From Candidatus Eiseniibacteriota bacterium (lineage in GTDB: Bacteria > Eisenbacteria > RBG-16-71-46), in the NCBI GenBank assembly GCA_041483195.1, contig JBGPFC010000003.1, forward strand, positions 141,497 through 205,496: a stretch of 64,000 nt of DNA, written 5' to 3'. Below are positions 10,657 to 22,628 of the stretch, piece by piece. The position numbers were made by a program, and so were the translations under genes. The notes under the pieces are model-generated. The model searched no databases, was not told the DNA's origin, and worked only from the letters and a program-made list of their open reading frames with translations. Numbering within the stretch: the first letter of the stretch is position 1; every line of letters starts with the position of its first letter.

Positions 10657-11061
10657 ATGCGAACCCTTCAGCGTTGTGTGTGTTTCGCCGCCATTCTGCT
10701 GGCGCTCGCGCTGCCGTCGGGGTGCAAGAAGAAATCCACTGCTCCCGTCAGCCAGCCGGTGATCACGAACAACCCCGGCGACTTCACGTACCAGGACTCG
10801 AACATGCAGGCCAAGACCGGCGTCGAGTCTTACGCCTGGCCGAGCACCGGCACGAACGTGAGCGTCGACCAGACCAGCACCATCGCGTCCGGACTCATCA
10901 CGTTGACGATCCTGGACGCGGCGAGCGCGCAGGTTTACCAGCACTCGCTCTCCGACGCGGGCACCTTCCCCGCCACCGCCGGCACCGCCGGCACGTGGAC
11001 CATCCGGATCGACACCGCGCACGCCACCGGCAGGGTCAGCTTCCACGTGCGCAAGATCTAA
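10657..11061 (+). CDS. Small hypothetical lipoprotein
   Basis: GGAGGA RBS; signal MRTLQRCVCFAAILLALALPSGC; Ser/Thr-rich beta-type mature domain. Confidence 0.8.
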   Translation: MRTLQRCVCFAAILLALALPSGCKKKSTAPVSQPVITNNPGDFTYQDSNMQAKTGVESYAWPSTGTNVSVDQTSTIASGLITLTILDAASAQVYQHSLSDAGTFPATAGTAGTWTIRIDTAHATGRVSFHVRKI

Positions 11062-11113
11062 ATCGGGTTCGTCCGGGAGCGGCCGTCCGATCTCGCGCGG
11101 CGCCCCTTCACCC

Positions 11114-12199
11114 TCAGGCGCTGCGCTCGTGCCGCCGCAGGGCCTCGCTCACCACCAGCAGGTCGCCGATGTTTTCGAGCGTGAGCAGCCCCACCAGCCG
11201 CCCGCGCTCCAGCACCGGCAGCGCGGTGCGCGCCCGCTCGCGCATGCGGCGCAGCACGGAATCGAGCGGCTCGCCGGCGTCTGCGTATTCCTCGTCGCGC
11301 GTGATCGCATCGCCGACCGTGGCGCTCGCGCCGTCGCGCTGGAGCGCTCGCACCAGATCCCGGCGGGTGAGCATGCCGACCGGCGCGCCGGCCTCGAGCA
11401 CCGGAAAATCCTGCTGATTGCCCGCCATCAGGAAGTCCACGGCGCGCTGCAGCGCGTCGGCCGGGTCCAGCACGTGGAATTCGGTGAGCATCGCGTCGCG
11501 GACCCCGATGCCGGCCAGCGAGAGGCGGTTCTGCACCAGCGCGCGCTCCTCGCCCGCCGCGAGGAACACGAACAGCGCGATCAGCATCAGCATGAAGTTG
11601 CCGGCGAACAGTCCGACCGCGCCGAACCCGAGCGCCACCACCTGTCCGACGCCCGACGCGATGCGGGTCGCCTTCACGTAGGGCAGGCGCATCGCGAGCA
11701 ACGCGCGCAGCACGCGGCCGCCGTCCATCGGGAACGCCGGGATCAGGTTGAACACCACCATCGCGACGTTCACCACCAGCAGCGACATGAGGATGCCGCC
11801 GTTCAGGTCGAGCGATTCGACCCGCACGCCGAGCAGCGCGAACACACCCACCAGCGCCGCCGCGATCGCGACGTTCACGAGCGGGCCCGCGATCGCGACG
11901 ATCAGCTCCTGCGACGGCTTCTCCGGCATGCGCTCGAGGCGCGCGATGCCGCCGATCGGGAGCAGCACGATGTCGCGGGTGCGGATGCCGTAGCGGCGCG
12001 CGGTGAGGGCGTGGCCCAGCTCGTGGAGCAGCACGCAGCCGAACACCAGCAGCAGCAGCGCTCCGGTCTCGAGCGCTCGGCCGAAGTCGCCGCTCGCGAA
12101 TCCCTGGCTCGCGGCCATCCACACCACGAACAGCAGGAACGTGACGTGCAGCTGGATCCGGATCCCCGCGATCCGGCCGATGCCGAACGACCAGCGCAT
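11114..12199 (-). CDS. Site-2 protease (M50) with C-terminal CBS pair
   Basis: LLHELGH, AIAGPLVN and FNLIPAFPMDGGR motifs followed by two CBS domains; ATG at 12199 overlaps the upstream stop. Confidence 0.93.
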   Translation of the reverse strand: MRWSFGIGRIAGIRIQLHVTFLLFVVWMAASQGFASGDFGRALETGALLLLVFGCVLLHELGHALTARRYGIRTRDIVLLPIGGIARLERMPEKPSQELIVAIAGPLVNVAIAAALVGVFALLGVRVESLDLNGGILMSLLVVNVAMVVFNLIPAFPMDGGRVLRALLAMRLPYVKATRIASGVGQVVALGFGAVGLFAGNFMLMLIALFVFLAAGEERALVQNRLSLAGIGVRDAMLTEFHVLDPADALQRAVDFLMAGNQQDFPVLEAGAPVGMLTRRDLVRALQRDGASATVGDAITRDEEYADAGEPLDSVLRRMRERARTALPVLERGRLVGLLTLENIGDLLVVSEALRRHERSA

Positions 12200-14418
12200 C
12201 AGGCGCCCCGGGCGGCGACGCGCATGCGCGCGTCGATCGCGAGCACGCCCTGGCCGGGCGGCAGCGCGCGCACCGGGTTCAGATCCATCTCGAGCAGCAG
12301 CGGCTGCTCCTCGGAGAGCTGCGCGACGCTCAGAATTGCCGACTCGATCGCGGCGAGGTCGGCGGGCGGCGCGCCGCGGTAGCCCTCGAGCAGCGGAAAC
12401 GCCCGCACCTCGCGCATCATCTCGCGCGCGTCGCGGTCGGTGAGCGGCGCGATGCGGAACGAAACGTCCTTCAGCATCTCGACGTGGATGCCCCCGAGCC
12501 CGAACATCACGAGCGGCCCGAACGTGGCGTCGCGGCTCATGCCGAGGATGGTCTCGGTGCCGTCGCGCACCAGCGGCTGCAGCGTTGCGCCCTGCATCTC
12601 GCCCAGCTTGCCGGCCTGATCGAGCCGCGCGCGCATGCCGTTCCACGCCTTGCGCACCTCGTTGGCGCTGCGCAGGTCGAGCGCCACGCCGCCCACGTCG
12701 GACTTGTGCGTGAGCGTCTCGGAGTCGAGCTTGAGCACCACCGGGAAGCCCAGCTCCTCGGCCGCCGCCATCGCCTCGTCTGCGGAGTCCGCGTGCCGCG
12801 CCGGCGGCTGCGCGATGCCGTACGCCGCGAGCACCTCGCCCACCTCGTCCGGGCGCAGCCAGCCGCCGCCGCGCGCTGCCGCGCGCTCCATCACGAGCGC
12901 GGCGCGCGCGGTGTCCGCCGGCTGGCGCACGAAGGTTCCTTCCTCCGCCGAGCGCCACCGCCCGTACTGCACGGCCCGCGCGAGCGCGATCGCCGCCGAC
13001 TCCGGAAACGCGTAAGAGGGCATGTGCCCCTCGTGCAGCGTGCGCAGCCCTTCCTTCACGCCGTGGGTTCCCATGAAGCAGGTGAGCACCGGCTTGTGCG
13101 GGCGGCGCTCCGCGTCGGCGCGCTGAGTCGCTGCCGCGACGCCGTGCACGATCGACTCCGCGATCTCGGTGGGCGTGGTGACGATCGGCGGCACGTAGAG
13201 CGCCAGCAGCGCGTCCACGTTGGGGTCGGCCAGCACCAGCGCGATCGCCTTCTCGAAAGCGGCGGGCGTCGCGGAGGCGATCATGTCGACCGGATTGCGG
13301 GTCGAGGCCTCGGGCGGAAGGAACGCGCGCAGCTGCGCGACGGTGGATTCGTCGAGCAGCGGCACCTCGAGACCGTGGCTCTCGCACGCGTCGGACGCCA
13401 TGATGCCGGGCCCGCCCGCGTTGGTGACGATGCCCACGCGCTTGCCGAGCGGCACCGGCTGGTTCGCGAGCAGCATCGCGACGTCGAACATCTCCTCCAT
13501 CGTGTCGGTGCGGATCACGCCCGACTGTCGGCACAGTGCGTCCACCGCGGCGTCGGCGCCGGCGATCGATCCGGTGTGCGAAGAGGCGGCCCGCTGGCCC
13601 GCCCGCGTGCGGCCGCTCTTCACCGCGACGATCGGCTTGGTGCGTGCGACGCGCCGCGCGATCTGGGTGAAGCGGCGGGGATTTCCGAAGGATTCGAGGT
13701 AGAGCAGTATGAGGCGCGTCGCGGGATCCCGCTCCCAGAACTCGAGCAGGTCGTTGCCAGAGACGTCGGCCTTGTTGCCGACGCTCACGAACTGCGAGAT
13801 CCCGATGTTGAGCGATGACGCGTACTCGAGGATCGCGAGCCCCAGCGCGCCGCTCTGCGACGAGAACCCGATCGCGCCCGCCGGCGGATAGATCGGCGCG
13901 AAGGTCGCATCGAGCCGCACCCCGCCCTCGGTGTTGATCACCCCCAGGCAGTTGGGGCCGACGAGCCGCATCGCGTGGGCGCGCACCACCTCGAGCAGGC
14001 GGCGCTCCAGGTCGCGGCCCTTCTCGCCGGTCTCTTTGAAGCCCGCGCTGATCACCACCACCGCCTTCACGCCCTTCTTGCCACAGGCTTCGACGGTGGC
14101 GATCACGTGGGCCGCCGGCACCACGACGATCGCGAGATCCACGTCGCCGGGCGCGGCTTCGATCGAGGGATAGGCCGCGACCGATTGAATCACGCCCGAC
14201 TTGGGATTGACCGGATAGACCGGCCCGTTGAAGCCGTGGCTCAGCAGGTTGTGGAAGATCGCCCCGCCGATGCTGCCCGGATCGCGCGATGCGCCGATCA
14301 CGGCGACGGAGCGGGGACGAAACAGCGGCTCGAGCGATGCGACGGCGCGATGGTTCGCGCTCGCCTCCGGCTCGGTGACGGTCAGGGCAGGATTCATGGG
14401 ATTCTCATGCGGCCGCAT
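12199..14418 (-). CDS. Acetate/acyl-CoA ligase (ADP-forming), fused alpha/beta
   Basis: PRSVAVIGAS, GPNCLG, SQSGALG, SVGNKAD, ASSHTG (phospho-His), TNAGGPG, NPVD, ATP-grasp HKSDVGGV. The start may be ~20 nt downstream (MNPALT). Confidence 0.92.
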   Translation of the reverse strand: MRPHENPMNPALTVTEPEASANHRAVASLEPLFRPRSVAVIGASRDPGSIGGAIFHNLLSHGFNGPVYPVNPKSGVIQSVAAYPSIEAAPGDVDLAIVVVPAAHVIATVEACGKKGVKAVVVISAGFKETGEKGRDLERRLLEVVRAHAMRLVGPNCLGVINTEGGVRLDATFAPIYPPAGAIGFSSQSGALGLAILEYASSLNIGISQFVSVGNKADVSGNDLLEFWERDPATRLILLYLESFGNPRRFTQIARRVARTKPIVAVKSGRTRAGQRAASSHTGSIAGADAAVDALCRQSGVIRTDTMEEMFDVAMLLANQPVPLGKRVGIVTNAGGPGIMASDACESHGLEVPLLDESTVAQLRAFLPPEASTRNPVDMIASATPAAFEKAIALVLADPNVDALLALYVPPIVTTPTEIAESIVHGVAAATQRADAERRPHKPVLTCFMGTHGVKEGLRTLHEGHMPSYAFPESAAIALARAVQYGRWRSAEEGTFVRQPADTARAALVMERAAARGGGWLRPDEVGEVLAAYGIAQPPARHADSADEAMAAAEELGFPVVLKLDSETLTHKSDVGGVALDLRSANEVRKAWNGMRARLDQAGKLGEMQGATLQPLVRDGTETILGMSRDATFGPLVMFGLGGIHVEMLKDVSFRIAPLTDRDAREMMREVRAFPLLEGYRGAPPADLAAIESAILSVAQLSEEQPLLLEMDLNPVRALPPGQGVLAIDARMRVAARGA

Positions 14419-14486
14419 GGTTCAAGACCAGGGGGGCGACACGCGGCCAGTCTCGCACAGGCGTGCGGCGAGGGGAAAGCGGGGGG

Positions 14487-15701
14487 CTACGCCGCGGTGC
14501 GGTGCCTCATCTCGCGCAGGCGGTGATACATCTCCTCGAGCGCGAACAGGCTGCGCTCGCGGTCGTGCTTCTCGACCGCGGTGAGGCGCGTGGTCTCGCC
14601 GAACGACGCGCGCGCGTGCGGGTCCACCAGCATGGTGCAGATGCCGTTCGCGAAAGACGGCGTGTCACGGGGCGGGACCAGGAAGCCTTCCTCGCCCTGG
14701 CGGATCAGGTCCTGGATCGCGCCCGCCGGGCTCGCGATCACGGCGAGGCCGGTCGCGAGCGCGTGCAGCACGAACAGCCCGCCCGGCTCGTTCGCGATCA
14801 CCGGCGCGATCGCCACCTGGCACGACGCGTAGAGCGCGGGCAGGTCGCCGGATGAAACCGACGGCAGCGTATGAATCCCCTCGCCGACGCCCAGCTCGAG
14901 CGACTCGGCGAGGAACACCTGGTCCCAGTCGGGGTTCGCGGGGTCGCGTCCCGCCACCACGAACTCCACGTCGGGCATCCGCGCCCGGACCGCGACGATG
15001 ATGTCGATCAGCTTGTCGGCGCCCCGCGCGTGGGTGGGCGGCCCGAGGAAGAGCACGCGCGGCGCGCCGCGGGTCGCGAACAGCGCGCCCACGTCGGGCG
15101 AGAGCGGCGGCTCGGGCTCCGGGCAGAATCGCGCGGTGTCCACGCCGTAATCGAGAAGCTCGATCGCGCGCCCGAGGCCGGCGTTGAGCCGCACGCGGTT
15201 GAACGCCGAATGCGCGAGCACGATGCGCGCGCCCGCGAGCAGCTCGACCCGCTCCTCCATCGAGCGCAGTCGCGAGAGCCCGGCGCACGCGCCGCAGCCC
15301 TGGAACGGGTAGTGCTCGCCGCACGCGACGAGTCGCGGCCGGCGCAGCAGGTCGTTGTTCGGACAGATCGGCCAGAAGTCGTGAACGTCGACCAGCACCG
15401 GCAGCTCGCGCAGGATCTCGATCACGCGCGGCCCGAATGGCCCGGCGCTCGCGACGTGCACCACGTCCGGCGCATTCTCGAGCGCGTCGCCGAGCGCGCC
15501 CTCGAAGCCGCCCGGCCCGGCGCGCCGCACCACGACGTCGGGCGGGACCTCGGGCGTCTGCCATGACTCGAGCGGGTTGACGCACAGCACCTCGACCCGG
15601 TGACCGCGCGTCGCCCACAGCGCCGCCAGCTCCGAGAGCCAGAGGCCGGGCTCGGAGAGGTGGGAGGCCTCGATGCCGTCGACGATGAACAGCACTTTCA
15701 C
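14487..15701 (-). CDS. Glycosyltransferase family 4 (GT-B)
   Basis: GTG start VKVLFIV, HDFWPICP, EPGGLFVLHALATGLAVIA. The canonical EX7E second Glu is replaced by His. Confidence 0.85.
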   Translation of the reverse strand: MKVLFIVDGIEASHLSEPGLWLSELAALWATRGHRVEVLCVNPLESWQTPEVPPDVVVRRAGPGGFEGALGDALENAPDVVHVASAGPFGPRVIEILRELPVLVDVHDFWPICPNNDLLRRPRLVACGEHYPFQGCGACAGLSRLRSMEERVELLAGARIVLAHSAFNRVRLNAGLGRAIELLDYGVDTARFCPEPEPPLSPDVGALFATRGAPRVLFLGPPTHARGADKLIDIIVAVRARMPDVEFVVAGRDPANPDWDQVFLAESLELGVGEGIHTLPSVSSGDLPALYASCQVAIAPVIANEPGGLFVLHALATGLAVIASPAGAIQDLIRQGEEGFLVPPRDTPSFANGICTMLVDPHARASFGETTRLTAVEKHDRERSLFALEEMYHRLREMRHRTAA

Positions 15702-16159
15702 GCCGCGCGATCTCCTTCGTCGTTGCCTTCGAAAAATGCGGTGAGCGCTTCGAGGTCGTCGCGCGCCGCGCCGTGTCCGGGATGAATCCAGAGCGTGTGA
15801 TAGAGCAGGCGCAGCGAATCCTCGACGCCGCCCAGCTCGAAGCATGCGGTCGCCGCCATGTACCAGAGGCGCGGCTCGTGCGGTGCGAACGAGAGCCCGC
15901 GCAGCGATCGCGACAGCGCCTCGTGCGCGTCGCCACGCCGCAGCGCGCTCTCCGCGCCGCGCAGCAGACCCAGCGCGGCTTCGCCGTCGGGCGGCGGATC
16001 GATGCCCGGGATGTAGCGCTCGAGGGCTTCGGTCGCGACTCTCAGCGTCTGAGAGACGAAAGGCTCGGGCGGCGATGCGCTGGTGGAGGCAACACGGTCC
16101 GCGAGTGCTGCGAGCGCACGGCTGATGTCGTCGATCGAGGGATTGGACGCCGCGGACAC
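15698..16159 (-). CDS. Small TPR-containing protein
   Basis: GGAGG RBS before GTG 16159; TPR-like helices (GLSFAPHEPRLWY..., LWIHPGHGAA); GTGA overlap with the GT4 gene. Confidence 0.7.
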   Translation of the reverse strand: MSAASNPSIDDISRALAALADRVASTSASPPEPFVSQTLRVATEALERYIPGIDPPPDGEAALGLLRGAESALRRGDAHEALSRSLRGLSFAPHEPRLWYMAATACFELGGVEDSLRLLYHTLWIHPGHGAARDDLEALTAFFEGNDEGDRAA

Positions 16160-16361
16160 TGGACACCTCCCGGACACGGGGAAACGCGCATTCCGCCCTG
16201 AGACGGAATAGCCGATTTAGGGGCCCGATCGCGCCGGGACCCGATGGAAATTCAGCAAACGGATTATCGGCAGGGCGGTTAGCGGGCTGAACCGAAGGCT
16301 CGGGGTTGCCGCGAAACACGCGGAATCGGAGGGTTTCCCCGCATTTCGAGCGGGGCGGCGG

Positions 16362-17450
16362 CTACCTGGGGCCGGCCGGTTCGGACCGGCCCACGGCGGG
16401 GCCGCCCGCGCCCTGCTGGTAGTCGAGCCAGGCCTTGCGGTCGTGGGGCGCGGGCTCCTCCCCCGCGAGCGACCACCACATGCGCCACGCCGGTCGCGCC
16501 GCGGTCCACCATTCGTCCCAGGTCGTGGCGCTCGCGGCGCTCGACGTGCGGCGAATGCCGCCGAGGAGATCGGGCGAGCCGTCGCGCGAGCCGTTCAACT
16601 TCAGCGCGAGCGTGACCGGCAGCTCGAAGCCCCGCGGGACCTGCTCGAGCTCTCGCATGCGCGGCAGCGTCCGCGTCGCGGTGCTCGCAACCGTGGCGTC
16701 GCGCGTCGTGTCGGAGTATCCGACCACGAGCGGCGCGAGATCGGACTCGAGCGGCGCGAGGCTGTCGTTCGCCACGACCGCGGCCAGATCGGCGAGCAGC
16801 AGCACGCCGTACGCGCGCGCCACCGCGTGCCGGTCGCGGAGCAGGTCGAGCGCAGCGGGCACCGCGAATCCGCCGAGCGAGTTCGCGCTCGCGATCCGCC
16901 GCTGCACTTCGGTGGGCGCCGCGTCGTGGCTCATGAGCTGGGCGGTGGTCGGCTGCCCGACGTCGAACACCGGGCTCGCGGCGAGCGACTCCGCGATCAC
17001 GAACCCGCGCGCGACGTCCACCGAGATCACGGCGTAGAGCGCGGGATAACGCCCCACGTCGGCCGACGACAGCGTGGTCAACATGCCGAGCGAGAGCAGC
17101 GTGCGCACGCGCGCGCGGCCGGGCTCTTCGCGCGCGAGATGGCTCGCATCGAGGGCGCCGAGCATCGCGGGGCCGGCCAGCGCGAGGCGGAGCTGCGCCT
17201 CGCGCCACTCGGCGGCGTCCTCGCTCGCGAGCTGGCGGACGAATCGGCGAACGCGGCGCGGCGCGCCCACCAGGTCGAGCCCGGCGACGGGCGCGGGGGT
17301 CGCGATCTCGGCGGACGTGTCCGGGGCCGCGGCGTCTTGCGCACGCGCCGGGACCGGGGCGATCGCGAGCGCGAACATGAGCGCCGCCGCGGCGGCGCAT
17401 CCGGCGGCCGCGAGCGCGGCGGCCGCGCGTCCGGCCGCGCTCCCGATCAC
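16362..17450 (-). CDS. Hypothetical secreted protein with HEAT-like helices
   Basis: Ala-rich signal ending ARA-Q; HEAT-like segments (QLASEDAAEWREAQLRL; LLRDRHAVARAYGVLLL); lies directly downstream of the xdh genes. Confidence 0.55.
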   Translation of the reverse strand: MIGSAAGRAAAALAAAGCAAAAALMFALAIAPVPARAQDAAAPDTSAEIATPAPVAGLDLVGAPRRVRRFVRQLASEDAAEWREAQLRLALAGPAMLGALDASHLAREEPGRARVRTLLSLGMLTTLSSADVGRYPALYAVISVDVARGFVIAESLAASPVFDVGQPTTAQLMSHDAAPTEVQRRIASANSLGGFAVPAALDLLRDRHAVARAYGVLLLADLAAVVANDSLAPLESDLAPLVVGYSDTTRDATVASTATRTLPRMRELEQVPRGFELPVTLALKLNGSRDGSPDLLGGIRRTSSAASATTWDEWWTAARPAWRMWWSLAGEEPAPHDRKAWLDYQQGAGGPAVGRSEPAGPR

Positions 17451-17463
17451 GCGATCTCGCGGG

Positions 17464-18354
17464 CTAATGCGCGCGCCCCCGCGCCGGCCACGCGCCGAGC
17501 AGAAACTGCTCGATGAGATTGCCGGCGACCGTCATGCGGTACTCGCGGCTGGAGCGGATGTCGTCGATCGGCGCGATGTCGCGGGCGAGCGCGGCGCGGG
17601 CCCGTGCCGCGGCCTCGGGGCCGGGGCGCATGCCGTGCAGCGCGCGCTCCGCGCGCCGCGCCCGCACCGGGACCGGCGCCACGCTCCCGAACGCGAGCCG
17701 CGCGGCGTCGATCGCGCCGCGGGCGTCCGGCACCAGGATGCCGGAGCAGACCACCTTCGAAATGCTCTGCGCCCGCCGCGTGCCCACCTTGCGGAAGAAC
17801 GTGACCGCCCGGCTCTGGGGAAACGCCAGCTCGATCGCGGTGATCAGCTCGTTGCGCTCGAGCGCGAGGTCGCGATAGCCGCGGAACAACTCGGCGAACG
17901 CGATGGATCGCGCGCCGCGGACCGATTGCACCCGCACCACCGCTTCGTGCGCGAGCAGCACCGGCAGCGAGTCGCCGGCGGGCGATGCGTTCGCGATGTT
18001 CCCGCCGATGGTCGCGCGCGCCTGGATCTGCCACGCCCCGATCTCGGAGGCGGCGGCCGCGAGCGATGGCAGCCGGCGGCGGATCACGTCGTGATCGCGA
18101 ATCGCGCGAAACGTGGTGCCGGCGCCGATCGTGACGCCGGCCCGTGTGGCGCGGATGCCGCGCAGCTCGTCGAGCGGCGAGAGATCGAGGAAGCGCCGCG
18201 CCTCGAGCTGGCCTGCGTTGAGGTACACGAACAGGTCGGTGCCGCCCGCGAGCGGCGTGAGGCGCTCTCCCGAAAGCGATGCGTCGAGCAGCTCGAGCGC
18301 GTGCCCGAGCGATCGCGGGCGCCGAAGCTCGAGCGTCGAGAGCGCGGCCCTCAT
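17464..18354 (-). CDS. Xanthine dehydrogenase-family FAD-binding subunit
   Basis: LAGGTDL, QIQARATIGGNIANASPAGD, PIDDIRSSREYR. Confidence 0.93.
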   Translation of the reverse strand: MRAALSTLELRRPRSLGHALELLDASLSGERLTPLAGGTDLFVYLNAGQLEARRFLDLSPLDELRGIRATRAGVTIGAGTTFRAIRDHDVIRRRLPSLAAAASEIGAWQIQARATIGGNIANASPAGDSLPVLLAHEAVVRVQSVRGARSIAFAELFRGYRDLALERNELITAIELAFPQSRAVTFFRKVGTRRAQSISKVVCSGILVPDARGAIDAARLAFGSVAPVPVRARRAERALHGMRPGPEAAARARAALARDIAPIDDIRSSREYRMTVAGNLIEQFLLGAWPARGRAH

Positions 18355-18911
18355 GGCGTGCGCCGACGCGCGCGCTTCGTCGCGGGCTTGCGAGCGGGGC
18401 GGGCCGCGGCGCGCGTGCGCTTCGCGGCCGCCTTGCGCGCGGGGCGGGCCGCGGCGCGCACGGCGTCCACGATCTTCTGGTAGCCAGTGCAGCGGCAGAG
18501 ATTCCCGGCCAGCGCCTCGCGCACCTCGTCTTCGCCGGGCACGCGGCCCTTCGAAGCGCGCAGCAGCGCCCACGAGGAGATCAGCATGCCCGGGGTGCAG
18601 ATCCCGCACTGCGAGCCGCCCATCGTGACGAACGCCTCCTGCAACGCGGAGAGTCGCCGGCCGCGGCTCAGGCCCTCGACCGTGACGATGGTCGAGCCCG
18701 CGCACTGCCCGGCCGCGACCAGGCAGGAGTTCACGGGCTCGCCATCGAGCAGCACGGTGCAGGCTCCACACTCGCCCTCGCCGCAGCCTTCCTTGGTGCC
18801 CGGCAGCCCGCATTCCTCGCGCAGCACGTCGAGCAGGCGCTTCATCGGCGGCACGCTCACGCGCCGCGCCGCGCCGTTCACGGTGAAGCCGATCGTCTTG
18901 CGCCCGCTCAC
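18351..18911 (-). CDS. Xanthine dehydrogenase-family 2Fe-2S subunit with basic C-terminal tail
   Basis: GTKEGCGEGECGACTV, NSCL, QCGICTPG, GNLCRCTGY. Confidence 0.95.
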   Translation of the reverse strand: MSGRKTIGFTVNGAARRVSVPPMKRLLDVLREECGLPGTKEGCGEGECGACTVLLDGEPVNSCLVAAGQCAGSTIVTVEGLSRGRRLSALQEAFVTMGGSQCGICTPGMLISSWALLRASKGRVPGEDEVREALAGNLCRCTGYQKIVDAVRAAARPARKAAAKRTRAAARPARKPATKRARRRTP

Positions 18912-19428
18912 TCCCCGGCCTCCTCGCGCAGGTTGGCGAAGGGCGGGCGGCCGTGCGCCGCCACGAATTCCTTCAGCAATCGGGCCTCGACGTTCGCCGG
19001 ATCCTCGGCGGGCGTCGGCATCCACGCGACGATCAGGCCGAGGTGATCGCGCAGCTGCCAGATTAACCGCCCGCCCCAGTGCGCGACGCGCTTGCCCGCG
19101 CCGAATCGCATGTAGCGCTTGACGCGCTGCTGGAGCAGCGATCGCACGCCGGGGCCGCTCGCGCGGCCGATGTAGAGCGTCGGCGCGCCCGGCACCCATC
19201 GCGCCTCGAGCGCATCGACCGCGACCGATGGATCCGTGCCGCGATACCAGCCGCCGACGCTGCGCGCGAGAAACTCGGGCTTGCCTTCCGCATCGCGCAG
19301 CACGGTGTACACGCCGCGCACCGCCGGCACCTCGTCGCAGCCGCCGCGCCGCAGGTGCCCGACGCTGCGAAAACCCTCGAAGCCCGCGGCGCGCGCCTCG
19401 TCCATCGCGCTCTCTTCCGTGGCCATCG

Positions 19429-19432
<4 letters not shown>
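18908..19432 (-). CDS. GIY-YIG nuclease-superfamily protein
   Basis: RGVYTV...LYIGRA...QRVKRY...VEARLL...PPFAN reproduces the GIY/YIG/R/E/N signature; its start and stop overlap both neighbours. Confidence 0.7.
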
Positions 19433-21801
<2,369 letters not shown>

Positions 21802-21802
21802 G

Positions 21803-22549
21803 CTAGAGCGCCACGTCGCGGTTCACGTTCTTGTAATAGATGTAGCGCGCCGGCTCCGAGCTGGTGGCGTAGAACGACTGCGGCACGTAGGGGCCCATCC
21901 AGATGAAATCGCCCTCGCGCACCTCGTGCCAGCGATCGCCGAGGTAGTAGATGCCCTGCCCCTGGAGCATGTAGAGGCCGTGCTCCATGAAATGGGTCTC
22001 GGTCATGGGCAGCGAATAGCCAGGCGGAAACGTGAAGATGTTCACCGCCATGTCGAAGGCCAGGCCCGCCGGGAGCAGCGTCTTGAGCAGCAGCTCCTCG
22101 ACGCCGAGGAACGGCTCGCCCTTCACGTCGTGCTCGTTGCCGAACACGTCGTCGGGGCGCGCGGTGCCGAACGGCTCGTAGCATTTCTTCAGCCACAGCA
22201 GCCGGGTCGGCTGGGACGCGAGCACCCGGAAGGCCGAGCCGGGCGTGACGTACGCGAAGTCGCCGGCCTTGAGTCGGCGTCCGCGCCGGTTCAGGTCCAC
22301 CTCGGCCTCGCCAGCGATCACGAAGAAGAACGCCTCGACCTGCGCCGCGAGCGTCTGCGCGCCGCCGCCGCCGGGCGCGACGTCGAGCAGGTACATCGCG
22401 AAGCGCGCGCCCATGGCCGGCGCCGCCAGCACGCGCGCTGCGGTATTGGTCCACTCCGCCAGCACGCTCTCCGGGATGCCCTCGGGCGGCAGGATCGCGT
22501 AGTTGCGCTCGACCACCGCGCGGCTCGTCGTGAGGCCCTTCTGTCCCAT
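21803..22549 (-). CDS. allE: (S)-ureidoglycine aminohydrolase (bicupin)
   Basis: Mn ligands in ETHFMEHGLYMLQG...PYVPQ and C-terminal YIYYKNVNRD. Confidence 0.92.
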   Translation of the reverse strand: MGQKGLTTSRAVVERNYAILPPEGIPESVLAEWTNTAARVLAAPAMGARFAMYLLDVAPGGGGAQTLAAQVEAFFFVIAGEAEVDLNRRGRRLKAGDFAYVTPGSAFRVLASQPTRLLWLKKCYEPFGTARPDDVFGNEHDVKGEPFLGVEELLLKTLLPAGLAFDMAVNIFTFPPGYSLPMTETHFMEHGLYMLQGQGIYYLGDRWHEVREGDFIWMGPYVPQSFYATSSEPARYIYYKNVNRDVAL

Positions 22550-22628
22550 GCACGCTCCCGTTCTTTCCGCCTCGCTTCGGCGCGGCGTGTCGCCTACATT
22601 CGTGCGCTCCAAGGAGGACGAGACCCGC

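Noticed and set aside
16178..16361. Structured-looking intergenic region as a possible riboswitch or sRNA
   Set aside because: No recognisable family consensus by eye; an Infernal/Rfam scan would be needed.
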